Made by a program: the position numbers and the translations under genes
Shown here: positions 28,173-36,729 of the stretch, piece by piece
Layout: every line of letters starts with the position of its first letter
Numbering within the stretch: the stretch's first letter is position 1
Source: Sedimentisphaerales bacterium
Lineage (GTDB): Bacteria > Planctomycetota > Phycisphaerae > Sedimentisphaerales > Anaerobacaceae
Length of the DNA: 64,000 bases
Direction of reading: 5' to 3'
Assembly (NCBI GenBank): GCA_040772485.1
Contig: JAXGYC010000009.1
Location: 256,001 to 320,000 of the forward strand
The notes under the pieces: model-generated
What the model was told of the DNA's origin: nothing
Seen by the model: the letters and a program-made list of their open reading frames with translations, nothing else
Databases searched by the model: none

Positions 28173-29258
28173 ATGCAGCGTGGTATGGCGGTTCTGATCG
28201 TGGCGACGTCAGCGTGCCTGTCGGCCGCAGCGGGCCAGAGCGATGGCGCGTTCGAGATTCGCAGGGGGACCAACATCAGTCACTGGCTCTCGCAGAGCAC
28301 CCGGCGGGGCGAAGCCAGACGGGAATGGTTCACCGAAAAGGACGTCGAACGGATCGCGTCGCTGGGCTTCGACCATATCCGTCTGCCCATCGATGAGGAG
28401 CAGATGTGGGACGAGGCGGGTCACAAGGAGGCCGAGGCCTTTGAGCTGCTGCACAGCGCCATCGGCTGGGCGCAGAAGAACAAGCTTCGCGTCGTGGTCG
28501 ATCTGCACATCCTGCGCTCGCACCATTTCAACGCCGACGAGAAACCGCTGTGGACGCAGCCGCAGGCCCAGGAGAAGTTCCTCCAGTTGTGGCGTGAGCT
28601 GTCGGCGGAGCTGAAGAAGTACCCCATTTCCGTCGTAGCGTACGAGCCGATGAACGAGCCGGTCGCCGACGATCCGGAAGACTGGAACCGGCTCGTCGCG
28701 AAGGCGGCGGCCGTCGTCCGCGAGAACGAGCCGCACCGCACCCTCGTGATCGGCTCGAACCGGTGGCAATCGACCAGCACGTTCGATCAACTGCGCATCC
28801 CCGAAGGCGACCGTGACATCATCCTGAGCTTCCACTTCTACACGCCCATGCTGATCACGCACTACAAGGCCTCCTGGACGGACGTGGGCCGCTACAAAGG
28901 CCCCGTGACCTATCCCGGCCGGCTCGTTACGCCCGAGGACATCGAAGGGCTGCCCGACGACATCGCCCGAATCGTTCGCAGCAACAACGGCGTCTACGAC
29001 CGCGAGAGGCTCGAAAGCCTGCTGGCCAAGCCGCTGGCCCTGGCGCAGAAGCTCGATCTGCCTCTCTATTGCGGCGAGTGGGGCGCCCTGCCCACCACCA
29101 GCCGCGAGGCGAGAATGCAGTGGTACCGCGACATGCGGGCCAACTTGGACAAGCAGGGCATTGCCTGGGCCAACTGGGACTACAAAGGCGGCTTCGGCAT
29201 CTTCACCCGCACCGGCGAACCCGATCGCGAGTTCATCGACGTCCTGCTCGGCCCGTAA
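28173..29258 (+). CDS. Secreted GH5 endoglucanase-like glycoside hydrolase
   Basis: GTNISHWLSQ, GFDHIRLP, YEPMNEP, SFHFY, YCGEWG, WANWDY. Confidence 0.9.
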   Translation: MQRGMAVLIVATSACLSAAAGQSDGAFEIRRGTNISHWLSQSTRRGEARREWFTEKDVERIASLGFDHIRLPIDEEQMWDEAGHKEAEAFELLHSAIGWAQKNKLRVVVDLHILRSHHFNADEKPLWTQPQAQEKFLQLWRELSAELKKYPISVVAYEPMNEPVADDPEDWNRLVAKAAAVVRENEPHRTLVIGSNRWQSTSTFDQLRIPEGDRDIILSFHFYTPMLITHYKASWTDVGRYKGPVTYPGRLVTPEDIEGLPDDIARIVRSNNGVYDRERLESLLAKPLALAQKLDLPLYCGEWGALPTTSREARMQWYRDMRANLDKQGIAWANWDYKGGFGIFTRTGEPDREFIDVLLGP

Positions 29259-29429
29259 CCGCCGCATGCAACGCGCCGAATGTGGAACATCGCGCGGGGG
29301 TTTGGCGACCGCGTCACCTGAGCTTAGGCTTCGCGCCGGGTGTCAAACGAGCATTTTGCCTACGCACCTCGACCCTCTCTGCCGGCTATGGGAGGAGCAT
29401 GACCAACATCCGTTTAGAGAGGATCAAAA

Positions 29430-29876
29430 ATGGCAACGCAAGTGGATACCAAGATCGATGAGGCGCAGATTCGCCAGCTCATGGACGACTGGGCGCGTGC
29501 AGCTCGTGACAAGGACATCGACGGGATCATGGCCTGCTACACGCCGGACATTGTTTCGTTCGATATGATGCCTCCGCTGCAATACGTGGGGGCCGAAGCG
29601 TACCGCAAGGACTGGGAAATCGGGCTTGAGATGTGCCAGGAGTCGGGTGACTTCGAGACGCGCGACGAAACCCTCGCCGTGGGCTCCGACGTGGCCTTCT
29701 GCCATCGGCTCAACCGGATGAGCGGGACCGACAAGGAGGGCAACGCGTTCGACTGCTGGGTGCGCTGGACCCAGTGCTTCCGCAAGGTCCACGGCAAGTG
29801 GCTGATCGCCCACGAGCACATCTCCGTCCCGCTCGACATGCAGACCAACCAGGCCCTGACCGACCTCAAGCCGTAA
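29430..29876 (+). CDS. YybH/SnoaL (NTF2-like, DUF4440) protein
   Basis: GAGGA RBS. YTPDIVSFD..PPLQYVG, RWTQCFRKVHGKWLIAHEHISVP. Confidence 0.88.
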   Translation: MATQVDTKIDEAQIRQLMDDWARAARDKDIDGIMACYTPDIVSFDMMPPLQYVGAEAYRKDWEIGLEMCQESGDFETRDETLAVGSDVAFCHRLNRMSGTDKEGNAFDCWVRWTQCFRKVHGKWLIAHEHISVPLDMQTNQALTDLKP

Positions 29877-29960
29877 CGGCGACTGGCTCAGTGTTGCTGG
29901 CGGCCGCCCCTCGTTTGGCTGCCGTGCCTGGGCGAAGCAGGCCAGATCCGAAACTCGCCC

Positions 29961-31063
29961 GATTTCGGATGGCAGATTTGCAGCCTGAAGCGAATCCGGA
30001 ATCCGCAGTCCCCAATCCGCAATCTGGGATCGGGCGCTGTTTGGCGTGCCACGTGCCACGAACAGGCCTGTCTGATGGCACGTGGCACGCCATCGTCGCC
30101 GGGGGTCTGTTGTGATGGCGGCGATGCGATCGGCGTGTGGGTTCCGTGTCTTTGACAGGGAATCGGTGTGCATGGCACACCGTACGATCTGATGTCTCTT
30201 AGGTCCCTCAGGTCGCTTGAGTCCTCTGGGACCTAAAGGACCCAAGGGACCTAAGGGACGCGGGGTACAGGTCCCGTGGCCGCCGGAGGTGACCAGTGCC
30301 AGTGCCACGTGCCACCAAAAGGGGTGTGTGTTGGCACTTGGCACTGGCACTGACTCAGGCATATCAGACACAGCCCAAAGACAACCTCTTCACCTGACAC
30401 GCAGGTGTAGGTGAAGAATCCCTGGTATGGGCGATGGTCGGTTGTAGGGGCGACGCATGCGTCGCCCGGGCGAGGTATGCCTCGCCCCTACGATGGGGGG
30501 ATGGGCGTTTGTAGTGACGCCGTAAGGCGTTATCATCCGATACGAAACTATGCCCTGACGGGCACACTACGGGCGGGTATGCCCTGACGGGCGCACTACA
30601 AACGGCAAGCCCTGCGAGCCCATGCCACTTCACACCTTGCAACAGCCAATACAGGCATTCCTGATAAGATAGGCAAAAGCGTACAGGTCGCGTGGCCGCT
30701 GGAGGTGACCAGTGCCAGTGCCAAGTGCCACCAACAGGGGTCTGTGTTGGCACTTGGCACTCGGCATGGGATCATCGTGCAGAGTCTTCACACATCCAGA
30801 GGGAATCGGTGTGCATTGCACACCCTACGATCTGGACCAGGGCAGATCCATGGATGTGACGATGGCGTGCCACGTGCCACGTGCCAACAACAGGGGTGTG
30901 TGTTGGCACACGTGGCACGCCATGGACGCTCTCGGGCAGCGGTGCAGGCTTGGGGAGTTGGTCTGCGGCCGCGTTTTCGGTGGCGGGTTGCCTTCGCCGG
31001 CTGCGGGCGGTAGTATAGGGCTCGTACCCGCAGGGGCGAGGCATGCCTGGCCCCTGCGGGTAC
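29961..31063. repeat. Non-coding cluster of more than 10 palindromes from several repeat families, with internal direct repeats
   Basis: Direct repeats 30265-30350/30681-30766 and 30157-30191/30800-30834. TGCCAC(G) arm palindromes, REPs, and 7-mer and 9-mer arm palindromes. Confidence 0.85.
30988..31016 (+). promoter_or_regulatory. Putative sigma-70 promoter of the xylA-like gene
   Basis: TTGCCT-17-TAGTAT. Confidence 0.45.
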
Positions 31064-31130
31064 ACGACAGATGTTTCGGGTCGCAGGCGCGAAACAACGC
31101 AAATGGACGCAGATAGAAGGAGTGGCTGAG

Positions 31131-32255
31131 ATGGCGAAGAAGTCCTTACACAGCATCTGCCGGTGGACGTTCAATCCGGGCAAGGGCGGTTTCGTGCCGG
31201 GCGACATGCGGCCGGAATGGGGTCGCGGCTTCGGCACCCCTGAGATGATCGAGCTGGTGGCCAGGAAGGTCCGACCCCGCATGCCCAAGAACGTCCTGCT
31301 GGGCATCGAGATGCACTACGACGCCGAGGTGGACGACAAGAACGCCGCCGCCGTGGCCGATGCGCTGGTGTCCAACAAGCTGTACCTGGCGATGATCACG
31401 CCGGGCGCGCATTCGCACTTCGCCTACGGCGGCATCGCCTCGCTCGATCGGAACGAGCGCAAGGCTGCCGAGGACTTGGGCACCCGGACCGTGGACCTGG
31501 CCTACGGAACCATGAAGAAGGCGTGGCACCCCGAGACGGCGCCCGCGTTCGTCATCTGGAACGGCTCGTTCGGCTACGACATCGCCACCGTCGGCATCAG
31601 GCAGATGTATCAGAACCTCAAGGAGTCTGTCGCGGGCCTGTGCAAGTACGAGGCCAAGAAGGGCGGCCGGCTCTACATCGGCTTCGAGCCCAAGCCGAAC
31701 GAGGGGCACCCGGCGATGCTCATCCCGACGGTCGCCAGCGCGCTGCTGTTCTGGTACAGGGTCGAGAAGGAGTTCGGCGTCAACATCGCCCGGAAGGGCG
31801 TCAACAAGGAATTCGGCCACTCCGAGATGATCGGCCTCGACCACGTCGCCGACACGGTCGAGGAACTCGACAACGGCATGTGCGTCCACATGCACCTCAA
31901 CAGCCAGGGCTACAACGACGGGATCATCCTCGGCGGGCCGGGCAAGTACGACATCGACCACGGCGCCCGCATCAACGGGATGAACATCGCGATCGCCGGA
32001 TTGATCCAGCAGGCCGGCTACGAGCGGTGGAAGGGTCACGACATGCAGACCCGCGCCTACGACAACGCCGAGCAGGGGATCGACCGCGTGGTCCGCAGCG
32101 TGCTGAGCTGGGAGGCCTGCGAGCAGGCGGCCCGCAAGCTCAACACCAAGGCGCTGCTCAAGGCCCTGGCCCAGCGCGAGACCGCCAAGGCCGAGGACAT
32201 GATGCGAGCCGCGGTCGTCATGGCGCAGAACGCCTTCGACGAAATGTATAAGTAG
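31131..32255 (+). CDS. Divergent xylose-isomerase-like TIM-barrel protein
   Basis: AAGGAG RBS. FEPKPNEG (cf. IEPKPNEP), NKEFGH (cf. NPEVGH), HMHLN, YDIDHG. Lies near xylB. Confidence 0.7.
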   Translation: MAKKSLHSICRWTFNPGKGGFVPGDMRPEWGRGFGTPEMIELVARKVRPRMPKNVLLGIEMHYDAEVDDKNAAAVADALVSNKLYLAMITPGAHSHFAYGGIASLDRNERKAAEDLGTRTVDLAYGTMKKAWHPETAPAFVIWNGSFGYDIATVGIRQMYQNLKESVAGLCKYEAKKGGRLYIGFEPKPNEGHPAMLIPTVASALLFWYRVEKEFGVNIARKGVNKEFGHSEMIGLDHVADTVEELDNGMCVHMHLNSQGYNDGIILGGPGKYDIDHGARINGMNIAIAGLIQQAGYERWKGHDMQTRAYDNAEQGIDRVVRSVLSWEACEQAARKLNTKALLKALAQRETAKAEDMMRAAVVMAQNAFDEMYK

Positions 32256-32275
32256 TGTTCCGGCGGGTGGGAACG

Positions 32276-33907
32276 ATGGATGCATCGCTCTGTACTCGTC
32301 GTGAATTTCTGAGGGCGGCCGGTTTCGGTGCCGTGGCGGTGTCCCTGGGCGGGCGCCTGCGGGCATCGGAGTCGGCCGCTTCGACGAAGCCGGCGCGCAG
32401 GCAGCCCAATATCGTGCTGATCATGGCGGACGATATGGGGTACTCCGACCTCGGTTGCTACGGCGGGGAGGTCCACACGCCCAATCTCGACCGGCTTGCC
32501 TCGGAGGGCATTCGCTTCTCGCAGTTCTACAACGGCGCTCGCTGCTGCCCGACGCGGGCGTCGCTGCTGACCGGGCTCTACGCCCACCAGGCAGGCATCG
32601 GTTTCATGGTCGGCAATCTGGGCTATCGGGCCTATCAAGGCCACTTGAACGAGCAATGTGTTACGATCGCCGAGGCGCTTCGCCCGGCGGGCTATCGCAC
32701 CATGATGTCGGGCAAGTGGCACGTGGGCGAGGATCGGCCCCACTGGCCGAGAGATCGGGGCTTCGATCGCTACTTCGGCCTGATCAGCGGAGCGGCCAAT
32801 TACTTCGACCCGACCAAGACCAAGGCGGACGGCGTGGTGCGGAAGATGGCTCTCGACGACCAGCCGTACACGCCGCCCAAAGAGAGTTTTTACATCACCG
32901 ATGCCTTCACCGATCACGCCGTGACGTTTCTCGACGAATGCCGACAGGACGACAAGCCGTTCTTCCTCTACCTCGCCTACACCGCGCCCCATTGGCCTCT
33001 GCATGCCTGGCCCGAAGACATCGCCAAGTACCAGGGCAAGTACCGCAAGGGCTGGGACCGGCTCCGCGAAGAGCGACGAGCGCGCATGATCGAGATGGGC
33101 CTGATCCGCGAGGAGTGGGCGATGTCGCCGCGAGATAAGGAGACGTGGCCCTGGGACGAAGAGAAAAATCAGGAGCTGATGGACCTGAAGATGGCGGTCT
33201 ACGCCGCCCAGATTGAGCGGATGGACGCGGGCATCGGGCGGGTGCTCAGGAAGATCGAGGAACTTGGCAAGCGGGACAACACGCTGGTGATGTTCCTGGC
33301 CGACAACGGCGGCTGCGCCGAGGGCGGCCCGACCGGCTTCGACAATCGCAAGAACGGACTGCCTCCCGGCGGTGTCGACTCGTATATGAGCTACGGGCTT
33401 TCCTGGGCCAACGCGAGCAATACGCCGTTCCGCAGATACAAGCACTGGGTCCACGAAGGCGGGATCGCGACGCCGTTTATCGTGAGCTGGCCCGCGGCGA
33501 TAAAGAAGGGCGGGACGATCACGCACGAGGTCGGGCACATCATCGACGTGATGGCGACGTGCGTCGATGCGGCCGGCGCGGAGTATCCGAGGACGCACAA
33601 GGGGCAGGCGGTGACGCCGCTGGAGGGAAAGAGCCTGGTGCCGATCTTCCGCGATGGCGGGAAAAAGGGGCACGATGCGCTCTTCTGGGAGCACGAGGGC
33701 AACCGAGCGGTGCGGCAGGGCAGGTGGAAACTCGTCCGGGCGCACGGCGGGCCGTGGGAGCTGTACGACCTGGAAGCCGACCGCACCGAATTGCACGATC
33801 TGGCGGGCAAGCACCCGGACAAAGTACAGGAACTCACGGCTTTGTATGAAGGCTGGGCCACACGTTGCGGCGTTCGGCCCTGGCCGATCCAGAGGCCCAA
33901 GACCTGA
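32276..33907 (+). CDS. Tat-exported arylsulfatase (formylglycine-dependent, S1)
   Basis: TRREFL, PNIVLIMADDMG, CCPTRASLLTG, GKWHVG, APHWPLHA. Confidence 0.95.
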   Translation: MDASLCTRREFLRAAGFGAVAVSLGGRLRASESAASTKPARRQPNIVLIMADDMGYSDLGCYGGEVHTPNLDRLASEGIRFSQFYNGARCCPTRASLLTGLYAHQAGIGFMVGNLGYRAYQGHLNEQCVTIAEALRPAGYRTMMSGKWHVGEDRPHWPRDRGFDRYFGLISGAANYFDPTKTKADGVVRKMALDDQPYTPPKESFYITDAFTDHAVTFLDECRQDDKPFFLYLAYTAPHWPLHAWPEDIAKYQGKYRKGWDRLREERRARMIEMGLIREEWAMSPRDKETWPWDEEKNQELMDLKMAVYAAQIERMDAGIGRVLRKIEELGKRDNTLVMFLADNGGCAEGGPTGFDNRKNGLPPGGVDSYMSYGLSWANASNTPFRRYKHWVHEGGIATPFIVSWPAAIKKGGTITHEVGHIIDVMATCVDAAGAEYPRTHKGQAVTPLEGKSLVPIFRDGGKKGHDALFWEHEGNRAVRQGRWKLVRAHGGPWELYDLEADRTELHDLAGKHPDKVQELTALYEGWATRCGVRPWPIQRPKT

Positions 33908-33943
33908 CGTCCCAGCGAGAATGCAGCGGATAGGGGAGAGACT

Positions 33944-35083
33944 ATGGCGAAGGATCGTCTGCTGTTTGTGGATAATCTCCGCACCCTGGTGATCGTGCTG
34001 GTGATCCTGGTGCACCTGTCCATCACCTACGGCGGCGTCGGAGGATGGTACTACTACGAGAGGCCGACGACCGAGCTGTCTTTCATCGTCCTGACCTTCT
34101 TCAACGTCGTGTGTCAGTCCTTCTTTATGGGTCTTCTCTTCCTCCTCTCGGCCTATCTGGCGGTCGGCTCGTACGACCGCAAAGGCCCCAGGCTCTTCCT
34201 GCGCGACCGCTTCCTGCGGCTCGGTATCCCACTGTTGATTTTCGAATTCGTCATTCATCCGTTCCAGCTCTACCCGCTGATCCAAGCCGGAGCCATCCAC
34301 ATTGAGGGTTCGTTCGGCGATCTGCTTGCTCGCTACTACCGCTCGTTCCACATCGGCAGCGGCCCTCTCTGGTTTGTCGAAATCCTGCTGATCTTCGCTC
34401 TCGTGTACACCGCCATACGTGTGGCCTTTCCACGACGGCCCAAGCTTGGTGCGGACTTGTTGCCGCCGCCAGGGATGGGCGCCACCCTGCTATTCGCCTT
34501 GGCGCTCGGCGTTCTCAGTTTCGTGGTTCGCTTCTGGTTTCCTTTTGGCTGGGCCTTCGGTCCGCTCAACCTCCAGTTGTGCTTCTTCGTTCAGTATATC
34601 GCGATGCTTGTCGTCGGCGTCGTCGCGTATCGCAACGATTGGTTGGTGCGCGTGCCAAAGGCGACCGGAAGGCTGGCGCTGGGCCTGGCCGTATTCCTGA
34701 TCGCAGTGGTGTTCCCGGCGATGTTCATCCTGGGTGGAGCCGCCAAGGGCAACGAGGTGGTGTTCTTCGGCGGATGGCACTGGCAGGCCTTCGCCTACGC
34801 GACGTGGGAGCAGTTCACCTGCGTCGCCATGATCATCGCCCTCACCGTGCTCTTTCGAGAGCGTTTCAACCGCCAGGGCCGGCTCGCGCGAGAAGCGTCA
34901 GCCAGCAGCTACGCAACCTACGTCATCCACACGCCGGTCATCATCCTCTTCGCGCTGGCGGTCCGACATGTCACGATATATCCTCTCCTGAAGTTCGTCG
35001 TCGTCTCGCTGGTGCTGGTTCCGCTGTGTTTTCTGCTGGCGGCCGGCACCCGCCGCCTCCCCGGCGCCCGCCGGATTCTGTGA
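33944..35083 (+). CDS. Acyltransferase family 3 membrane protein (OpgC/MdoC-like)
   Basis: RLLFVDNLR..LVILVH, FFMGLLFLLSAY, RFLRLGIP, GPLWFV, SYATYVIH. Confidence 0.88.
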   Translation: MAKDRLLFVDNLRTLVIVLVILVHLSITYGGVGGWYYYERPTTELSFIVLTFFNVVCQSFFMGLLFLLSAYLAVGSYDRKGPRLFLRDRFLRLGIPLLIFEFVIHPFQLYPLIQAGAIHIEGSFGDLLARYYRSFHIGSGPLWFVEILLIFALVYTAIRVAFPRRPKLGADLLPPPGMGATLLFALALGVLSFVVRFWFPFGWAFGPLNLQLCFFVQYIAMLVVGVVAYRNDWLVRVPKATGRLALGLAVFLIAVVFPAMFILGGAAKGNEVVFFGGWHWQAFAYATWEQFTCVAMIIALTVLFRERFNRQGRLAREASASSYATYVIHTPVIILFALAVRHVTIYPLLKFVVVSLVLVPLCFLLAAGTRRLPGARRIL

Positions 35084-35089
35084 GGCGCA

Positions 35090-36160
35090 TCAAAGGATCA
35101 GCATGGCATCGCCGTAGGAGTAGAAGCGGTAGTGCTGTTCGACGGCGTGGCGATAGGCGGCCAGCGTGCGGTCGAGGCCGGCAAAGGCCGCGACGAGCGC
35201 CAGCAGCGTGCTGCGGGGCAGGTGGAAGTTGGTGATCATGGCGTCGACGATCTTGAACTCGTAGCCTGGGGTGATGAACAGGCCCGTTGTCCCCATACCG
35301 GGCGCCATGCAGCGGCCGGATGCAACGGTCTCCAGCACGCGCGTCGCCGTCGTGCCGACCGCCACGATGCGCCCGCCCGCCTGCCTGGCTTCGTTGATGG
35401 CGCGGGCGTTCTCCTCATCGATCTGGTACCACTCGTGGTGAATCTCGTGGTCCTCGAGGTTCTCGGTCGTCACCGGCTTGAACGTTCCGGTCCCGACGTG
35501 GAGCGTCACCGAGGCCAGACGCACTCCCTGCTGCTGCAACTGGACCAGCAGGGACTCCGTGAAGTGCAGACCAGCAGTCGGCGCGGCCACCGCGCCGGGG
35601 GCGCGGGCGTAGACCGTCTGGTAGCGCTGCCGGTCCTCCTGAGCCTGATCGATGTTGCCATCGCGGCGAATATACGGGGGCAATGGGGGGAATCCCACCT
35701 CCTCGAGGATTTCCTCGGCGCTTCGGTTGGAGTCGATCTTGAGCAGGCACACTCCGTCCGGCCTCTTCTCGATCAGCTCCGCTTCGCAACGATGTCCCCT
35801 GCGCCGATCCACGATGCGGATGCGTTCGCCGGGGCGGACCTTGCGAGCGCCTTTGAGCATCACCTCCCAAACGGCCGGCGTGTCGGGCCGCTCGGCCAGG
35901 AACAAGCCTTCGATCGAGGCCCCGGTCTTGCGTTCGGCGAAGAATCGCGCGGGTAGCACCCTCGTGTCATTCAGCACGAGACAATCCCCGGCACGCAGGA
36001 ACCGGCTCAGGTCGGTGAAGCGACAGTCTAATAAGGTAGGGGCGACGCATGCGTCGCCCTTGCGATCCAGGACGAGCAGTCGCGATTCGCTTCGCGAAGG
36101 CGTCGGCGTCTGCGCAATCCGTTCCGGCGGAAGCTCGTAATCGAACAGCTCTGTTCTCAT
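35090..36160 (-). CDS. queA: S-adenosylmethionine:tRNA ribosyltransferase-isomerase
   Basis: FDYELPPERIAQ, NDTRV, PLPPYI, YQTVYA, AAPTAGLHF, TNFHLPRSTL, YRFYSYGDAM. Confidence 0.97.
   Translation of the reverse strand: MRTELFDYELPPERIAQTPTPSRSESRLLVLDRKGDACVAPTLLDCRFTDLSRFLRAGDCLVLNDTRVLPARFFAERKTGASIEGLFLAERPDTPAVWEVMLKGARKVRPGERIRIVDRRRGHRCEAELIEKRPDGVCLLKIDSNRSAEEILEEVGFPPLPPYIRRDGNIDQAQEDRQRYQTVYARAPGAVAAPTAGLHFTESLLVQLQQQGVRLASVTLHVGTGTFKPVTTENLEDHEIHHEWYQIDEENARAINEARQAGGRIVAVGTTATRVLETVASGRCMAPGMGTTGLFITPGYEFKIVDAMITNFHLPRSTLLALVAAFAGLDRTLAAYRHAVEQHYRFYSYGDAMLIL
36036..36063. repeat. REP palindrome inside the queA coding sequence
   Basis: GTAGGGGCGACGCATGCGTCGCCCTTGC. The first 24 nt are identical to 30444-30467. 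Confidence 0.85.
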
Positions 36161-36357
36161 CGGCGTATGTTATCAGACGAGGTTGTAAACAGACGAATAT
36201 TTTTCCGCCCGACAATGCGTCAATTCCGGGGGTGGGACCCGTTTGCGAGATTCTCAGGCAAAGTGGTCCGCTCGGCTGGGCGATATGGATGCGTCAGGGC
36301 GAGCACCACGGGGGTGCTTCCGGGAACGACAGCCACGAGAATCTGAAGGTCACGACT

Positions 36358-36555
36358 GTGTATTCACAAGGACGTTTCGAGCAGGTTGCCACATCGATCG
36401 CCGTGCTGGGCCGGCGCGAGCTCAAGAGCCGGATCAAGAATTTCCGCGGGCGCTTCAAGCTCGACTTCACCGACGACTATCTCGACGCGATGGACATCGA
36501 CCGGCTCCGCCACCTCCTCCTGGCTGCCCTGATCAACGCCAGGAGCCACCACTGA
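36358..36555 (+). CDS. Small hypothetical protein (65 aa)
   Basis: GTG start after GAAGG, strong GC3 bias. F.LDFTDDYL....DRLRHLLLAA. Confidence 0.65.
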   Translation: MYSQGRFEQVATSIAVLGRRELKSRIKNFRGRFKLDFTDDYLDAMDIDRLRHLLLAALINARSHH

Positions 36556-36729
36556 CCGTTGCCCGTCGATCCGTCTGAGCGCAGGGCGGGCGGCGTACAC
36601 TTCTGTCGAATTCGCTGCATCCACGACACTTCCGATTGCTGACCTCGGCTCTGGAAATTCCCATTCGGGTCCGCTATACTGCCCTTGATCAGGTTCGCGC
36701 ATCGATTCCAGAATGGGAAGGGGCCGGTC

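Noticed and set aside
29880..31063. Possible CRISPR array in the repeat-rich region
   Set aside because: Repeats differ in family and length, spacing is irregular, and no cas genes are present.
29424..31306. ORFs over the repeat cluster (e.g. 29424..30371, 30364..30753, 30788..31306)
   Set aside because: Their translations are repeat-derived low-complexity peptides (GPLGPLGP, WHWHW, IADWGLRI) without RBS or codon bias.
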